Assembly: GCF_964194155.1 (NCBI RefSeq)
Contig: NC_135886.1
Span: forward strand, 107,694,001 to 107,758,000
DNA from: Cetorhinus maximus
Lineage: Eukaryota
Direction: 5' to 3'
Length of the DNA stretch: 64,000 bases
Positions within the stretch are counted from its first letter, which is position 1, and every line of letters starts with the position of its first letter. The notes beneath the pieces were generated by a model, which was not told the DNA's origin, did no database searches, and saw nothing but the letters and a program-made list of their open reading frames with translations. The position numbers and the translations under genes were made by a program. Shown piece by piece: positions 60,690 through 64,000 of this stretch.

Positions 60690-61440
60690 AGGAGAAAGAC
60701 TACAACTCCCAGAATGCCTGTGGATAGGCCGGAAATGACGTGGGGTTCCCAGGCCTGCCGACCGCCATGTTGCCGGGTGCCGGTTATAAACAGGAGAGGA
60801 GGGCAAGTTGTAGCCTTGGCCAATGTGTAGTTTACTGCTTAAAGCGGTGATATTTTTTTTTAAAAAAAGCTTAACTCGGATTAGTTGTGAGGGGGAAGCT
60901 GTCAGTTGGTGATCGGGCTCGGTATCAGGGTGAACTGGTGAGAGGGAGTTAGCCGGCCGGGGCTCGGGGGTGGCAGGAAGGGGCTTGTCCCAGTCTGGCC
61001 AGAGAGAGGATCCGCTAGACACAACCCCAGCCCGCACTTTAATTACCTCATGGTAAGCTATATTCCGGAATTCACTCAGAAAGCGACTTATTCTAAAAGA
61101 AGGAAATCAAAATCTTCCTTGAGAAATTTCCGGTGGCGGCCGGCAGGTTGTTTCCAATGTCAAGGCAGAACACCTGCCCACAAAGCTGCCTTTCAGTGTG
61201 AGACACTGCGGGTGGTCAGCGGCTTCCACGCACTCTCAGCACGGCTGGGCTTCCTTGAAATCCCGGGGGTCCTCACAGGTCCGATTAAAGGCACAGGCTT
61301 GCCTCTCCCCGCCGAATCCTCCTCTGGTCTTTCATACCACAGTCAGATAGATCCCTTGACTTCTCCTCCTGCCTATACTGGGTGCTACGTTTAGTTTGCA
61401 AACATCTCCAAGATGTCTTCTGCATCTATTGATAAGGTAG
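60690..61440. promoter_or_regulatory. Housekeeping-type, possibly bidirectional promoter
   Basis: ZNF143/SBS composite ACTACAACTCCCAGAATGC 60699-60717; ETS-CRE-like CCGGAAATGACGT 60729-60741; YY1-like CAACATGGCGG on - (60762-60772); further TTCCGG sites; CpG-rich. Confidence 0.75.
61413..61436 (+). CDS. Candidate short first coding exon (MSSASIDK) of an unidentified gene continuing beyond the window
   Basis: ccaagATG followed by a strong donor AAG|gtaggt just downstream of the promoter; no further exon recognised. Confidence 0.25.
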
Positions 61441-63390
61441 GTGTTTCTGTTCACATTTCTAACTTGGTGGACTATTGTGACAGTTTTCTCTTGACAGATT
61501 TAATAGCCCCAAACTTTGCTTTGCAGTCAGTAATACTGTTGGAATTGTTCAACAGCTGTTAGAGGAAATAATATGCATGTTTGAGGTTGTGAACACTGCT
61601 CCAGCCTGCGTTAGTGGCTGGAGAGGAGGATGGATTTGGTAACAAGGACATGAAGCTTGTGACAGGAGTTGAAAACCATAGCTTTGGTCGTCCTGTTCGA
61701 CCATGAAGTTTAGAAAATATGCTGTTGATCTGAAACTGGATGTGAACAAGGAGCTTGGTACCACAGAGGCAATAGATGGATTTAAGAGAGATGGTGGTGA
61801 CGTAGAACTGAATGATGAGGGCAAGGATGTGGGAGACCATAAATTGTTTAAAAGGAGGGTAGAGGATGATATTTCTTAAAAGAGTGAGGGGGTTATAATA
61901 GTAGGTTTGAAAGGGAGGAAGAAATTGCCTGAGCAGAGGAAGTAATTGAAAATATGAATGAACATGGGAAGTTGGATGGTCAGTGATTTGGGGGAAAAGA
62001 AGTCAATGGAGTAGGGGGTAATCCATGAAAGTGAAGAGCTCAGAGGTGATTGGAGAGGATTTAGAACAATAGGAGTTGTGTGGTGTGGCAACTTGTGGAG
62101 ATGTGGCTTGGTGGGGGAGCAAAATAATAGATGCTATTGATTGGTGTATTTTTCAGTGAAAAAGCACCCATCAGCTCCTTACACTTGTTAGAGGGGAAAG
62201 TGGTGAAGGCGGCAGCCGATAGTGGAAATAAGGCAGTTATTTTTAATTTGTTAATCCGAGTGTAGTTGGCAATTTTGGCAAAGGAATGAGTTTAATTTGA
62301 TCCAGCCACATCTAGACATGGATGGCTAAACCAGTAGTACACTAGGTGGCATTCCAAATTCCTTGAATTTGAGGGAGCATAGATTGAGACAGGGGGCTGG
62401 TTAGTTCAGTTAGCTAGGTAGCTAATGTGTGCATCAGTTAATGCCAACAGCATGGGGTTCGATCTCCGTTTCAACTGAGGTTGACCGGGGCCTGTTTCCT
62501 CGCCCTGTCCATAGTAAATAAGTCTTGGCACTTTGCTGTGGTTCAGCCAATTCTCACCTAGGACCTGTCTTTGGCCAGAGAACTAAAAGAAGAGGAGGAG
62601 ATTGGGTCACAGCCAGGAGGTAGAACCTATATGGGGAATAGTGAAGGTTTTTCTTGTTTTTCCCTTCTGGTTGAATTCAATTTCAGTAAAACCACAATGG
62701 CAATATAGTAATCTACAATAAAGACGAGGTGAATGCAGCATTATCTCACTGCTACCCCTCTTGGACACTTTACAGTCTCTAGATGATCAGACTGCTTGTC
62801 CAGTACTGGATGAGCACTAAATATTGGTAAGACCGAAGCAATAATCTTCAGTCCTGCTACAAACTCTGTTCTTTAGCTATCAATTCCATCCATTTCCCTG
62901 GCAACTGCCTGAGGCAGACCTAGACTGTCTGCAACCTCTGTTTTACTTCATTTTGAGATGAGCTTTTAACCACACATCCATGCCATCGCTAGGACCACCT
63001 AGTTCCACCTCCATAATGTCGTCGACTCAGTCTCTGCCTTAGCCCATCTGCTCTGAAACCCTGATCCATGCCTCAGTTATTTCTATATCTGACTTATTCC
63101 AATGCATTCCTGGTTGCCCCCTCATTCTTTCCCCATGAACTTGAGGTCATTGAGAACTCTGCTGCTGATCACACTACCTTGTTCACCAATTATTTTGCCC
63201 TCACATTGATTCCTAATTAAGCAATACTACAATTTTAAAATTCACAGCCTTGTTTTCAAATGCCTCCATGGTCTTGCACCTCCCTATCCCTGTAATATTC
63301 TTGAGCCTCAGAACCCTCTGAACTATCTGCATTTCTAATTCTGACCTTAAACATCCCTGGTTTTAATTGCTCCACCATTGGTGGCCATGT

Positions 63391-63940
63391 ATTGTGTACA
63401 GTTTTAGTCTCCTTGCTTAAGGAAGGTCGTACTGGCCATAGACGGATTACAACAAAGGTTCACCAGACCTGAATTCCTGGGATGACTGGATTGTCATATG
63501 AAGAAAGATTGAGGAAACTGGGCCTATGTTCCCTAGAGCTTAGAAGAATGAGAGGTGATCTCATTGAAACATACAAAAGTCTTACAGAGCTTGACAGGCT
63601 AGGTACGGAAGGATGTTTCCTCTGGAGGCGATTGGTGAGGAGAGGGTGCTGTAGAATCAGGAAACACTGTCTCCGAATAAGGGGTAGACTACTTAGGGCT
63701 ATAATGTGAAAGAATTTCTTCACTCGGAGGGTGTTGAATCTTTGGAATTCTCTACCCTAAGGGCTATGGAAGCTCAGTCACAGAGCATGTTCAATAGAGT
63801 GAGTGACAGATTTCTAGACATTAATAACATCAAGGAATATGGGGAGGGTGCAGGAAAATGGCATTGAGGTTATAGATCAGCTATTATCTAGTTGAATGGC
63901 AGAGCAGGCTTGAGGGGCTGGAGAGCCTATTACTCTGTTC
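63391..63940 (+). mobile_element. CR1 3' fragment
   Basis: GLSYEERLRKLGLCSLELRRMRGDLIETYK. Confidence 0.88.
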
Positions 63941-64000
63941 TGAAATTATCCAAAATGATGATCCCTGAAACACTCATTTAAAATCATTGGTCTCCCTCCC

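Larger units (their letters stand above)
49800..61051 (-). pseudogene. Decayed multi-exon gene, putative Njmu-R1 (C17orf75)-like paralog; candidate exons 61051-61047 (ATG), 58199-57888, 56304-56154, 54333-54138, 50108-~49800
   Basis: Same-strand AG/GT-bounded unique islands between repeats; stops and frameshifts in the internal exons; colinear weak similarity to the remembered human Njmu-R1 sequence (see findings). Confidence 0.5.

Overview
Vertebrate genomic DNA, most likely a shark or other elasmobranch, inferred from the repeat landscape (CR1, L2, Deu-domain SINEs, Penelope-like elements, PIF/Harbinger derivatives). Two intact genes lie tail-to-tail. The first is a cationic amino acid transporter CAT-3 (SLC7A3) on + with 11 coding exons (24557-38937, 642 aa, all GT-AG, phases consistent), a probable promoter/non-coding first exon near 7.6 kb and polyA near 42.4 kb. 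The second is SNRNP35 (U11/U12 35K) on - with a single coding exon (46013-45228). Between about 49.8 and 61.1 kb on - is a decayed five-exon gene model whose fragments resemble Njmu-R1/C17orf75; this is a candidate divergent paralog pseudogene, aligned from memory only. It starts in a ZNF143/ETS/YY1 promoter at about 60.7-61.4 kb that may be bidirectional. Repeats include young Neptune-type Penelope elements whose 3' ends carry minimal hammerhead-ribozyme motifs with a non-canonical core, a solo LTR with a 4-bp TSD, a nested Harbinger remnant, many MITEs, and two locally templated inverted insertions. All identifications were made by eye, without database searches; repeat boundaries are approximate unless a TSD is given.
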